DNA of 64,000 bases, taken from Cycas panzhihuaensis (lineage: Eukaryota; Plantae; Cycadophyta). Location: the NCBI GenBank assembly GCA_023213395.1, contig CM041465.1:232569741-232633740 (forward strand), given 5' to 3'. Below the pieces are notes generated by a model, which worked only from the letters and a program-made list of their open reading frames with translations, was not told the DNA's origin and searched no databases. The translations under genes and the position numbers were made by a program. The stretch's first letter is position 1; each line of letters opens with the position of its first letter. Of this stretch, positions 12,001 through 25,899 are shown piece after piece.

Positions 12001-13220
12001 CTCAATGCAAATGGCCTGTGTATCAGATGGACGTGAAAGCGCCTTTCTCAATGGCGATCTTCAGGAGGAGGTGTATTTAGAGCAACCTCCCGGATACAAA
12101 GTACAAGGCAAGGAGCATTTTGTATATCGCCTAAAAAAGGCGTTATATGGCTTGAAGCAAGCTCCAAGAGCATGGTACTCGAAGATCGATGACTACTTCT
12201 TGAGACATGGGTTTCATCGATCTACTTCAGATCCTAATCTGTATATAAAACATGAAAAGAACCATGTAATTTTTGTTGCCTTGTATGTAGATGACTTAGT
12301 GATCACTAGTAGTGACATTAACACGATTCACATTCTCCAGGATGACTTGAAGAGAAGTTTCGAGATGACAGATCTTGGACTTCTCCATTACTTTTTAGGC
12401 TTTGAGATATGGCAATGCCAAAGCTATATCTTCATCTCCCAAGCGAAATATTCTTGGGACATTTTGCAGCGGTTCAGGATGCACGACTGCAAAATAGCGC
12501 CTACACCTATGGAGAATGGATCTAAGCTTACTCTCAATGAGGAAGTTGCACCAGCAGATCCCACACTGTACCGGCAGTTGAATGGGAGTCTCATTTATCT
12601 CACCTACACTCGACCAGACATTTCATTTGCTGTTGGGATTTGCTCACGTTACATGTCTCAACCCAATCAGATACACTGGAATGCAGCCAAACGCATACTT
12701 AAGTACATCAAAGGCACCTTGCAGCATGGCCTTGAGTATGCACATAATGAGAACTTCACTCTGGAAGGGTTCTCAGATTCGATTAGGCGAGGTTGCCAAG
12801 ATAGCGAAGATCAACCTCGGGATCTTGTTTTCCCTTGGTTTAGCGATTGTTTCGTGGAGTTGCAAGAAGCAACCCAATGTTACCTTGTCCTCCACCGGCA
12901 GTACAAAGTCAGCTGCCAGAGCTTGTGAGGCTATCCGCTACGACGGATTCTTGGGGAACTTGGACTTGAGCAGATCACCCCACGGGATACATTGCGACAA
13001 TCAAAGTGTGCTCAAGTTAGCTAAGAATCCAGTCTTTCATGCACGGACAAAACACATCGAGGTTCACCATCACTTCATCAGAGAGCATGTTCAGAATGGT
13101 GAGATCAACTTCTAGTACAGACCAACAGAGGAGCAGACAACAGGCATCTTTACCAAGCCTCTTGGTAGAGAAAAGTTTGTAAAATTCAGAGATGGTCTTG
13201 GTGTCCGACTTAACATTGTA
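9058..13220 (+). pseudogene. copia gag-pol polyprotein (gag, CCHC, protease, GAG-pre-integrase, integrase, RT, RNase H) with frameshifts and stops
   Basis: Motifs WIIDSGASQHM, HQRLGH, IKTLRTDNGGEF, PQQNGV, LYGLKQAPRAW, LYVDDL, HARTKHIEVHHHFIRE. Confidence 0.95.
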
Positions 13221-14859
13221 AGCGAAGGGGGCGTTAAACCTTATGTTTACATGTTAAGATATTATACTTTAATTTTCATGTAATATGTGTACTTTTTACT
13301 TTAGGGGTGACTTATCACTTAAGTGATAAAGTGTACACTCACATTCTTTCTAGTGACACAATGTTGTCACTAAAGGGTCAAATGGACCCTCATGCATTTT
13401 TGCTCACACGAGAGCCCAAAAGGACACATGTCCAACATGCAAGGCATGTATCTTGGATGTTTCACACTTGTCAAACATCCAAGGCCTTAGGTGTCTCATC
13501 TCACGCTATATAATGAGACCTCTTCTCATTGTCTCATAAGAGAGTTGGAGTTGTATTGTTATGCTGTTAGTTTGCTAATCAAACTGTTCATTCTTTGGAG
13601 GTTGGATCAATTCCAACTCCACATATTGGGTATCATTTTCTCTTGCTCCTTCATTTGTGCTTTGTCTCTTTACTCTCTATTTTCCTTGAGATTATTATAC
13701 TTGTTTGTATTTGTGCAACTAGAATTAGAGTGATCCTAGTTTCTAGATCTTGGGACTGTTGAGGCCATCTAGCCTCTTTTCACACTCTAATCACAATTTT
13801 CCATGCATTTTTGGCTCTTAAGAGGCCTTCAATTTTTATCTTTTAAGTGTTAAAATTTATCCCTGCAAGTTTATCTGCTTCTCCAAGAGAGGCTATAAAT
13901 GAGGCCATTTCTAAGAGATTGTGATATTAAAATTTGACAAAATTATTCAACCATATGATTGTTTGTACAGAATTGTACGAAAAAATGAAAGTGTATTGGA
14001 TTTGTTAAAAAATGGAGGCAAAATGTAGATCTCAATCTGTAGATTTTGAATCTGGAAGAAATTTTCCAAAACAACAGTTGGATTTTTCAAAAACTAGCTC
14101 AAAGAGAAGACCCATGCTAGGGATTTTTTACCTAGAAATGCTTGTAACTTCTTCAAATCTTGATGAAATTTTTTGATACTGGTCTTAAAAGAATCATACA
14201 AATGAAAGCAAGTTTTTAAGACTGATATTATTTAATTTGATGCCTTTATTCAAAAGAAATTTGTAGAAGATCATCCATGCCCACGATTTCTAATTTTTTG
14301 AGAGAGGACCTCCGAAACGAAAGAATTTGGGATTGATCTTTTAGAAAGGTTTGTTCCTCTTCTCAAAACATCTATGCTGGTGAAATTGAGCACTTTGTTT
14401 TTTTTTCTTTTTCTTTTTTTGCGTTCATACAGATCCATACAATTTCGTACATTGAGTCTCTATAGTGAAAAAATGGCTCCTTGTTGATTAAACTTCTTTA
14501 GATGATTCAAACTCTTCTCTAAAAACCCTAAAAAATTGGACAGATTTAAACTGAACAGCGAAACTCGCTCTGATACCATGTCAAACAAAATATTGTCTAT
14601 ATATTATTCAATAAATCAAGTGAGAGAAATGCTCTCAATAAATATTACATATTGTACATGTGACCTTAACAGATGTGAATGGACGTGTGCCACTTGTCGG
14701 AAACATATAAAGGAGGGACGGGCACCTAACCCTGATACATTAGAAATATATCCTAGATAAAACATTAATTTAATAGGAATCAATCCTAAATAGTTTGAGG
14801 ATGTTGTAGAGTATTTTTGGAGCTTTATTTAGAGGATTTTTGAAAGAAAAAATGAGTTG

Positions 14860-17800
14860 GGCAGTTGTGGAATGTTGGACACTCCTCGAACCCCTTGATG
14901 GTGCTCATTTGGCTTGAAATCCTCATTTTTTATTCATTTCTGCTACTAGGTTCATTAGATTTGCTAATTTGTTGAGCTAAGCTTGTGTGCTTTTGGCATT
15001 TGTTTGATCTCCTAAAGCTTATATCGATTGGATCAATCAATTTGAAGTGGAACAACAAGGGTGGGATGACAACAATGCTTAAAACTTTGCAAGACTTTCA
15101 TTGTTGAAGTTTTCACTTTTTTTTTTCTCCTAAAGTTAAGTGAAATTAACATAAAATTGATATATTTTGATGTCTGCCTCCTTCATTTTATAAGCCCTTG
15201 GCTATATTAGGCCCCCATGTGACCTTGTTCTAAGACAAAAAGAGCTTAACCTTGTTTTTTCTACTTATGGTGCTTTTTTAGCTATGTGAAAGCCACAAAT
15301 AGATGCAAACATTGTTCGAAGACTAGTTCCTTGGTTGGCCACTTTATTTGTGCATTTTAATGCCCTTGTTTATGAAAATGCATTAAAAGAAGTAATTTTA
15401 AGGCTTTTAAAGCATCTTTTTGCACATTCTTGTTGTTTTTGGCTCCTTACAAATTTATTTGGCTCCTTGTGTGGTGTCCAAAAGTAAATTAAATTTGCTT
15501 TTGTTAGGTTGCCTAGGAGGTGACCTGCAAAGGTTAGTTGCGTTATTTAATGGGAGGTGCAAGTATTTCCCATTTTTTGTTACTGGATACCCATAAGTTG
15601 AACAGGTAGAATTATGCGATTTGGAAATTCAAGATTTCCAACAACATGCTGACACTGAGGAAGTTAATGAAAATAGTGGATGGTGTAGGGGGGCACCGAC
15701 ACTTCCTATTATGCAAGCTTAGTAGGAGGAATTTGAGGAAAAGGACCAAGAAGCATTGGCTATCCTTGACATGATTGTTTTCGATGACTTAATTGTATGT
15801 GTAAGGGGCAACCACATGGATGTTTCTACAACAACCTTATGAGTCTAAGAGTGGGACTTGTGTTTGGACCTTATAAATCAATTGTATTCCCTTAAAATAG
15901 GACCCACAATGTCTGTAACTTTGCATCTCCAAAAATTGAAGGAGATTAGAGATCAGTTCGTAACTGTAGGAGAGAAGGTGAGGAATAGAGAACTTGTTTC
16001 TATCACCCTGGATAATTTGCATCAGGATTATCATGTATTTGCAAGAAGTTTGAGTGTGTTAGAGAGAACTTTGCCAATATTGTTTGAGGAGTTGTGTCGG
16101 TTGCTCTTGCTTGAGGAGCAATGTGTCATTTTATGATGTCATAAATGATGTGGCCTTGAAAGTGAAAACTAAGGGCAAACGGACATAAAGAGTGCCCACT
16201 TAGCAACACTCATTTAATGCACCTTCTTTTTAGTACAGATACGCTAAAGATGAATCCAAATAGCAAAACAACTAATAACAACAACACCAATATCAACAAT
16301 GACATAAAAAACTTAGATGTTTTTATTGTGGCAAACATGGGCACTTAGCTAAAAGTTGTTTTAAAAAGAAGGCTGAAAATGGTAAAATGAAGGAAGTTGG
16401 GAACTTGTCTTTTGATGAAGACAAGGAGGTCAATACTGCCTTCATGGCAATTGTGCTTGAGACAAAAGAAGAGGGGATTTGGTTAATTGATTCAAGGGCA
16501 ATAAAGCACATATCCTTCAAACAAGATTGGTTTGAGGATGCTCATCATCATAATGGGATGGTCTTGCTAGGGGATGATAGCAAACATAGAGTGAAGGACA
16601 AGGGAGTCTCCTTTTAAAGATTGATGGTAGGTTCAATAGAATTATAAATGTTTTGTATGTTTCCAGATTCAAGAACAACTTGTTATTTGTCAATTAGATG
16701 ACTAAGATGGAGCTTAAGGTTGAATTTGATAAAGTTATTTGCAAGATCAAGGATGGCGTTAATATTATCACTCTAAGTGAAAGAAGATAATGGGTTATAA
16801 ATGTTATCCCATATACTTGAGGATGGGCTTGTCACTAAGAACACACATAATCGTTTGTCTCATTATCGCTATGGTCATCTCAATTACTTTGATTTGAAGT
16901 AACTTGGAAGATTGAACATGGTGATTGAATTGCCAATTGTGTAAAGGGATGATGGGATTCGTGAAGCTTGTTCCCTTAGCAAGCATAAAGAGAAAAGTTT
17001 ATGAAAAGTCAATGGAGAGCAAGGGAAAAGTTAAGAGTTAGTGCATAGCGACTTGTGTGGACTTTTTTACATAGAAACCTTTGGGGGCACTTATTATATC
17101 ATGACTTTATCGATGACTTCACGGGGAAGGTATGGATATATCTCCTTGAGTACAACTCCTAAGCACTTCATACCTCCAAATGATTCAAGGTTGAACAAAT
17201 CAACTTCTCAGGATTGAAGATCAAAACCTTGAGAAGTGATAGTGATAGGGAATACAAATACAAAGAATTTATGCATTTTTGCAAGAAGGAAGGTATCATG
17301 AGATAGTTTACCATTGCCTATATACAACAACAACATGGGTATTAGAAATGAAAAACATAACTATATTGGAGATGGTTTGATGCATGATGAAGGCTAAAAA
17401 TCTATTTCTTGGCTATTGGGGTGTAGTAGTCACACTGCAGTGTACTTGTTAAATAGATGTCTCACCAAGCAGTTAGGGACATGGCACTTGAGGAAGCTGG
17501 GATAAGATGGAAACCTGATGTAAGTCATCTTTGTGCTTTTAGGGGACCCACATATGCCCACATTCTAGAACCAAGGAGGAAGAAGTTAGATGATAAGAGT
17601 CAGTGATGGCTCCAAGGCTTATAAACTTTTTGATCCCTTAAAAAGGGAAATTTTGATTAGCAAGGATATTATATTTAATGAATATGATCATGAGGATGAA
17701 AAGGTTGAAGTATTAAGTACAAGTATAGGTCTAAATGTTGATATACTCGAGTCAAGTTCTAGGGGACAAGCTGCAAGTGTACAAAGCCCAAGGCCTCCAA

Positions 17801-19864
17801 GTCTACCACTTGCAAAATCACCAAGAGATTCTTCATTCAACTTGCTTAAGTGGCATAAACAAACTTTGAATGATTCATTAGTTCGTGAGATAAACATTAA
17901 TAAAGGGGTGAAAACTAGGGGCATGAAAGACACAAGGGACTCATTTTGCCTTTATGTCTAATGTGTTAAGCTCATATGAGCCATATTCCTTTGAGGAAGC
18001 AAGGGACAAAGTAGAATGGCATGATGCCATGGAGGAGGAATACAATGCAATTAGAAAAAATGACATACAAGACTTGGTGAATCTTCCGATTGATAAAAAA
18101 CCTATTGGCTAGGGATGGGTTTATAAGATTAAGTTTCGTCCATATGGCTCAATTGATAAGTACAAAGCAAGACATGTTGCAAAAGGGTATGCACAGGTAA
18201 AAGTAGTAGACTTTGAGGAGACCTTTGCCTTAGTAGCAAAGATGACACTGATGAGTTTAGTGGTCATCACAATAGCATGATTTGATTGGCAAGTACATTA
18301 GATGGATGTGAAGAGTGCCTTCCTAAATAGCATTCTTGAAGATGAAGTGTAGATGTAGCAACCTTATGGATTTGAACAAGAGGGGAATGAACACTTGGTA
18401 TGCAAGCTCAACAAGGCCTTATATGGGTTAAAATAAGCCCAAGGGCTCGATATGCTAGAATCAATGACTATTTTTTAATCCATGGTTTCATAAATTGTGG
18501 CTCTGACGACAACTTGTATGTGAAAGTTGATGATGGACACATATTATTGCAGTATGGATAGATGATTTGATTATCATAGGCAGTGACACCATCTACATTG
18601 TTGATCTTAAAGGGCAATTATCAAAAGCCTTTGAGATAATAGACTTAGGGCTTTTGCATTATTATCTTGGGATTGAGATATCCTAGAGGTAGGGTAGCAT
18701 ATTCATATCACAATCCAAATATGCACACAATTTATTGAGGAGATTTCGCATGGAGGAATTCAAGTTAGTTGTAACCTCCATTGAGACAGGTGCTATGGCA
18801 TTTGTAAAAAATGATGATCTAATAAAGTAAATAGATGTGGAGACTATGGATGTGACCTTATTGAGGGATATTTTGGTCTATTTACTGCCACTAGACCATA
18901 TATTAACTATGCTAGTGGTTTGGTGGCCTTTAGTTTCACACTGGAAAGTTGCTAAGTAGATTCTGCAATATGTGAAAGGAGCCATCATATATGGACTTGA
19001 GTTCACTAACTGTGATGAGTTTAGGCTTTAGGGTTTCACAGGTTCATATTAGGCAGGAGACAACGATGACAAGAAGTCGACCTCTGGATATGCATTTACA
19101 CTAGGATGAGATGTTATTTCTTGGTCCAACAAGAAACAAGTGTTAGTATCATTATCTTTTATAGAGGTGGAGTACATGGGAATAGTTATAGCTACTTGTA
19201 AGTTAGTTTGGCTAAGGAGGATACTTAGCCATATCTAGCCCCCTCAGGAGGATGCCACCATTTTTTTTTTTTTTTGTGACAATCAGAGTACCGTGTAGCT
19301 CTCCAAGAAACCAATATTTCATGCCAAGACCAAACATATTGAGATCCACCATCATTTCATTTGGGAGCAAGTGTAGAACAAGCCAATGCAATTGATTTAT
19401 TGTCCAACTGAGGACTAGGTTGTAGACATGATGACAAAGGCATTTAGTAGGCAAAAATTTGAGAAGTTCAGAGGACTTCTCAATGTTAGAGAGATTGAAG
19501 TAAACATTATGGGGGAGTGTTAGGAATAATGTTTACTTCTTTCATTTTGTGTTAGTTGAGGTGTACTTGCTCACACGTGTGTGCATGTAACTCCCATTTT
19601 GGGTTTTGTAATTGCCATAATCTTTTGTGACTCCCATTCGCCTTTGTAATTCCTTTATATTCTTACTATCTATTTGTAACTACCAGTTTTGGCTCATGCA
19701 TGAAGATGTCTCATAACTTAGTGCAATGGTTAATTAGAATTGAGAGTTTTGTTCATACTTTACTAATTATTTGTGTTCTTTGCAAGTCTTTCATTGTGTT
19801 TCCTTTGTTTATGCTAAATTATGTTTGCGAGTGTTGTTTCTAGCAGTGGTGTTGCACCTCTACA
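14860..19864 (+). mobile_element. Decayed Ty1/copia element (family C) lacking a recognisable 5' LTR/PBS; 3' LTR from 19518
   Basis: gag (15600-16400), protease WLIDS, integrase VHSDLCG, RT and RNase H (HAKTKHIEIHHHF) remnants; PPT GGGGGAG 19511-19517 then TGTTAG; outer ends approximate. Confidence 0.9.
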
Positions 19865-19949
19865 CCTTAGTAAGGGTGTCACTAAAGCTCATCACTAAGG
19901 GTGTCACTAAAGCTCATTGAAGATGGGAGAAGCTTGTACATGTGAGAGG

Positions 19950-22669
19950 TGGATAATTTGGGGGAGGACTTAGAGTAGTAGTGGGAGCTTGGTTAGTAAT
20001 AGAGAGATTGGGAACTTGAGAAGTTGGAAAAGAAGCTTGCATTTATTCAATAATAAATTTATTAGAGTTCTTGATGTGGAAGTCTTGTTTAGGGTTTGCC
20101 TAGGGGCTTTGCCACGCTTGAGTTGGATCAATGAGTTGTTCCATGACATGTAGACCTTTCTTGTTCAAGGTTTTAGCTGTAAAATGGGGGATTTGACCCA
20201 AGCAACAACCATCTTTTTGCAACAAGGGGCACCACCAGAGTGAGTGCCTTTTAACAAATATTCCCTTCCTAGATTCATCTCCCTACAATAGGGTACCCAA
20301 CCACTTTAACAGTTGCTTTGAAAATCATGGAGGTGTAAGTGCAAACCCCTTTTGACCTAAAGGAGGGCTTGAGAGAGATTATGCCTAATTGGGATTTTGT
20401 AAGCTTCATCCCCTTCACTAGCCATTGAAGATGAAGGGTGTGCCCTTGCTTTTTAATGTTAACAACTCTTAGATTCCCTTTGGATTTATCTTGGTAGCAA
20501 ATAACCCATTTTGACCTTGCTATTGGCATTTTTGCCCTCCCAAGAGATGAGATGAGCATTTTAATTAGCCTATCATATGTAGTATTTGAAGAAGCTCAAT
20601 AAGAGTAACAGTAACTGTGGGTAGTAACTAGTACTTCAGGACAAACTTGCTATCTTCTAGTAAATGATAGAAGTATGGAATCTCACATATTGAGTTTTTT
20701 TAATCAATCATATTGATGGCATCCTCTTACATGTCATCAAGGGAGGCTTGGAATTTGAAGGGCTATATTCAGGAACTTGGAGATCTCTTTTGCCTTGATC
20801 CATGTTCATTCATATTGATTAGCCTGATTGGGCATATTAGTTGGAGATTGGAGAAAGCAGGTATCTTTCCTCCATTAGATCTTGGACCTAAATGCCTTCC
20901 AAAAGGCTTGGATGGCTTCCATAATATAAGCCATACTTTTAGGTTCTATTATTATGGTAAGAAAGGAGTCATGGGCAAATTGACTAGCCTCAACTTTGCT
21001 TTGAATAGTGTGGCCAAGGGCATTAACAACAAGAACATATAATGCTAGCCTAAGGGGCCAAACTTGCTTGATTGACTTATGTAATCTAGTAGGACTAGTA
21101 ATAACAAGGAGAGGTGTTAGGAAGGGCCACTTTTGCTATATTTACAAATTTCTCTCCAAAGCTTAGAGAAGATAACATCTAAATGGTGAAAGGATTCTTA
21201 ATCTTATCACATGCTTTTTAAAAATCAAATTTTCTGAACATAACATCTTGAGAGGAGTTTCTAGCCTATTCTATCTCCTCTCAACCAACACTTAAATTAT
21301 CAAGGATATATTAGCCTTTGATGAATCCAATTTGTCTAGGTTTAACGATTTCAAGGAGGCTATGCCTAATATGTTTAGTTAGGGCCTTGGCAAGAATTTT
21401 TTATGAGTCATTAAGGAGTGATATGCCTTCAACTAGCAATGAGTTGTACATCTCCTTTTAGTGTAACTTTGATGTTTCCTTGTTTGAGCTTGGGACCAAG
21501 GGACCTTGTTGTAAGGGATTCTTAGTAGATTTTCCATAAAATAGGGCTAGCATAATCAAGCGGCTTTGTGAACTTCATGCAAGAAAGCACCAATACTTAG
21601 AGCTTTTTGCTTAGCCATGTCATGCAATGCATTAGTCATCTCTTAACTTTTAATGAAGCATTATAAACTCCCCTTAAGGATTGAGCTCAAGCATTGTGAC
21701 TTGTAAGCACTCCTAGAGTGCAATAATTGTATCTTGGGTAGAATTTTAGGGTCGAAATATTATGCTATTGTGAGCGGTAAATTCATTAGTAATCTTTTCT
21801 TGAGAAGTGATTCTTCCCTCTTCAATTTTAATGGCAAGAATTCCCTTTGATGGCTGATTGTGCTTTAAAGCTTGAAAGAAGAACACATAACATTTACACA
21901 CCTTTGTAATCTTGTGAAGCCTGTTTGTTGTTTGGTCTCCCTTGGGTTTCCTGAACTTAGAAACTCAAAGTTCATGGGTAAAATTGGCAAACCTGGTTTG
22001 AAGGGCTTCATCAAACATGCTACGTTTGAGTTGGTTTTTACTCTTATCCAACTCCTTGGAGTGGGTTCTACCCTTCCTTTCTATGTATTAGAGGCACCTA
22101 TGTCCCATGTCCTTGTGAGAGGGATGTAGTTTTATTGATGACCTCCTCCCACAAGTAATCAAATAGATGTTTATTTGAGGGAATTAAGGGGGATGTTAGA
22201 TGTGCTTGATGCTTTGAAGATGTAGTTGGTTCGACAAGTCAAGGACATTTAAAGGCCTCTAAATGGCTCTTCTATTATCCCATAAGAAAGGACAAAGGAG
22301 GTAGGATGGTGGTTAGAGAGAGCAACATATGGTTGCCATGTTCTATTAAAAGCCTAAATTTATCATCATTAGTCAACATGGCTCTATCTGGTCTTTTTAG
22401 AATACAGTCATGTTTCAATCAAAAGATTAGATGGCGTGAACCAAATGTCATGACTGTCTTACATTTTATTATGAGTGGGATCAAAAGTCCAAGTTGGGAT
22501 TTCCTATCCCAAGTAGCTATTTTCTCATTATGCTACCTAAAGGGTCTACTGTTAACTTTGTCAATTGTAGATTCGATCATATCAAAGTCATCACCAAAAA
22601 GCTACATGGGCTTTTGGAAGAATATAACTTAACCAATTCTGAAGCACAACTCTTTCGATAAGGAGATTA
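19950..22669 (-). mobile_element. Decayed L1-clade LINE ORF2 fragment (endonuclease + RT)
   Basis: Endonuclease remnants (GDDF, ILKRPDR) at 22300-22600; RT remnants (KILAKAL); post-RT KWVICYQDKSKGNL; cut by the LTR at 22670. Confidence 0.75.
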
Positions 22670-25600
22670 TGTTAGAAAAATGTTTTATCTATAAGAAGTC
22701 TGATTGGCCTATCGACATAAGCAAGTTAAGGTGAGATGTTGACAAGAAGTTTGGCCAGTCTGTCGACACAAGAAAGTTGAGTCGAGATGTCAACAATGAA
22801 TCTGGTTTGTCTGTCGACACCATAAGAATGATCAACATTGACATGATAGGAATCGATTGAATGTAAAGTTGTGTGGTGCAAATAGTTTATCGATATGGTT
22901 TTGTAAACGTGTGGACTTAAGGCAGTTATCAAAGCGAAGTTGTCTTAAGGCAGTTAGAAAAGTTTGTTATAATAAGGGCATGTTTATTTTTGTTTTGTAA
23001 GTTTTTGAAAAATGATAGAAAGAGGTATCTCTTGATACCAATTGTTTCTAGCAATTGTACCTTGTGAAGTATTTTTTTCTTTCATGGTATCAGAGCAGGA
23101 GTTTTGTTAGAGTTCTAAGAGTTCTTGTTTTTAAGTCACAAAGAAAGTAGTAAAGAAGACTAAAGATAAAATTTTGATTTTTTGGTGGTGTTTGGCTATT
23201 TTTCAACAATCCTCGGATTTGGGAACATTTTGTTGAAGATCTCTCTCAGAATACTCACTTGATTCGAGATGACCTCCATTTTTTGCCTTGAATGAATATG
23301 ATAAGTTGATTGCAACAAATTATCATGTTTGGAAGATCAAAATAGAGAGCTTGTTGAGAACAAAAATTGCTTGGGATATAGCCACATGAAGGGAGAAAAG
23401 ACCTACTAATGTTGTTGACCAACCAAACTGGGATGATAAGAACAATTCTGGTATAATAATTTTGAAATTGTCCATCTTAGACCCTTTATTAGTGTATGTT
23501 GAAGGATTAAATTCTTGTGAAGACATCTGGAAGGTACTTGTCAATCTCTAAAGTCAAAAAAATGAAGCTAGATTTGTAGCTTTAAAAAAGAAGAATAATA
23601 TAAATTTCACATGAAGGAGAAAGAGAATGTTTCAGAATTTATAAAGTCACATCAATTAGAAATGATTTGATTAATGTTGGAGCGAATCTTCCAGAGCTGG
23701 AACTTGTACAAATGATTGTAAACAAGCTTCCAAAGTCTTTTGACAATATGGTAAATTCAATAACTAATAACAATGAGGCTGCGACAATGTCTCTTGAAAC
23801 ATTTACAGGTCTGTTGCTCAACAAGAACAAAGAAACAAACAATATGAGGAAGAGACAAAGATTGAAGAAGCCTTTTTGTTCAAACTCAATTTTTGTATTG
23901 GAGGATGGGGACAACCTACTTTCAGAGGTTGTAGTCGAGCTTTTGTCTCTACAGATCAACCTAGAGGAAGATGGAAAGATAGAAGAGGTAGAGGAAGTTT
24001 GGCTCCATTGAGAGACTACAGAGTCTGTTTCAATTGTGGAAGACCTAGGCACTTCTCCAGCAATTGTAGAGCTTTTGATGTATGCTACCATTGTGGATAG
24101 GGAGGACACTATCCTTACCAGTGTTCTTAGAGGTGAGCTGAAATTGAGAGAGCGAAAGGACCTGCGGGAAATTACAACAAAGAACAAAATAATTTTGAAG
24201 ATCATGAAGAAGAAGAGATAGCCTACATAGTTGCACTTGTTGCCTACTAAAGATGAAGATGTTTGGTACATGGGTTCTAGGGCATCTAATCACATGACAG
24301 GTCGAAGAGAGTGGTTTGAATACTTCAAGCCATATTCTCTCAATAAGTTAGTTGAATTAGGGAATAAATATCCCCTTAACATTTAAGGCATTGGAGTAAT
24401 ACTGGTTGGAATTAAAGGAAAAGTGCTAAAAATTGGCAATGTTCTTTTCATTAAACCTACTCTCAGTCTCTTAACTTAGAAAGAAAAAGTTAAGGACAAT
24501 CTTTGATGAAAATGGGTTCTATCACATCTTAGACATGAAAAAGAGAGGAATTGTAATAGGCAGAGGCATAGGGAGCAATGGTTTTTATAAATTACTTTTT
24601 AATCCCATTACTTCAGAAAATGACGCAAAAACCTTTGTTGTTTCAAACATTGATAATAATAAACTCTGGCATTTAAAGTATGGACATATCTCCTTTGATA
24701 GATTAGAGTTATTGAAAAATTCTACTATGGTTGATGGGCTTCCAGATATGACATCTCATTCCTTTGTTTGTAAAGGATGTTTGCAAGGTAAATAACATAG
24801 ATTTCCATTCCAAAGAAGTAGACGGTGTGCACAAAGCACATTGAAATTAGTTCATTATGATCTTTGTGGACCTATTACTCCAAGCTCACTCAATGGAGCA
24901 AGATATTTTCTAATATTTATTGATGACCTTTTTAGAAATGTCTGGATATATTTTCTCTATAGTGAATTAAAGACATTTGATAAATTCAAAGAATTTAAAG
25001 CTGAAGCTAAGCTGAAATGTGAGAATAAACTGAAATGTATTTGGTTGGATGGTGGAGGCAAATATACATCAAAAGAGTTTCAATTTTTTTCCAAAACTCA
25101 TGGATACGTCGACAAATAACAACTCCTTACACTCCTCAATCAAACGGTGTAGCGGAACGGATGAACAAAACCATCATGGAAATGGCTCATGGTCTAATTC
25201 AGGACAGATAGATTCCAAATGCATATTGGACAGAAGCTATAAATACAACCGTTTATTTAATAAACAGAAGCACAACTCATGCCTTGAACAAAATATCTCC
25301 TGAAGAAGCATGGACATGATACAAACCTGATGTAAGTAATTTGAAGATCTTTGGATGTCAAGCTTTTGTTCATATTCTTGACAAGAAAAGGTTAAAACTT
25401 GACTGCAAGAGCATAGAATGCATAATGATAGGCTATAGTAAAAATTCCAAGACATATAGATGCATAGACCCCAAAACGAAATAAAGTCTATGTAAGCAAG
25501 GATGTTGTCTTTAATGAGTGAAATATTGTTGCAAGTCAAAAAACACATTGAGAAATTGAAGTGCCCATAAAAGAATCTTCTATAGTTAGTCCTTTACTTT

Positions 25601-25899
25601 AGGATCTTTCTGGATTCACATAAGAGGATATAGAAATAGAAGAAGAAGAAAGATCTGAGAGAACCCCTTCTTCCATCAGAGAGATGAGTCCTGAAGAAGA
25701 AGTGGAAAGCAAGACATCTTCCAAGAAGATACCTAAGTGGTATCTCAAGATAGTTGAAGAGACAAGAGGTGATGTATTTAATCATAGAATTAGATCCTAG
25801 AGCATCAGACACTACTTTGGTCAATTGAACCGCAATCATATGAAGAAGCAAGTAAGCATGTTCAGTGGAAGTTGGCAATGGATACAAAAATGCAAGTTA
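22670..25899 (+). mobile_element. Ty1/copia family A copy: 5' LTR 22670-23084 (internal ~50-bp GTCGAC repeats), PBS 23085-23096, gag with two zinc knuckles, PR, INT; truncated at the start of RT
   Basis: CFNCGRPRHFSSNC..CYHCG, LWHLKYGH, LVHYDLCGP; LTR start resembles the end of the 14579-14775 LTR. Confidence 0.9.

Larger units (their letters stand above)
5721..13784 (+). mobile_element. Structurally complete Ty1/copia element (family B), 8064 bp, inactivated
   Basis: LTRs 5721-6266 and 13232-13784 (~97% identical by eye); TSD CTCTA at 5716-5720 and 13785-13789; iMet PBS 6269-6280; PPT ~13224-13231; gag-PR-INT-RT-RNH order. Confidence 0.97.
4910..14775 (-). mobile_element. 3'-truncated Ty1/copia element (family A): LTR ~14579-14775, PBS 14567-14578, gag from ATG 13908 with two CCHC knuckles near 4960-5070; split by the 5721-13784 insertion
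   Basis: gag reads through once the insertion is removed (...KNAWKIVIRDEQKPTD...); ORF 5189-5569 is copia gag; homologous to gag at ~23270-24110. Confidence 0.85.
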
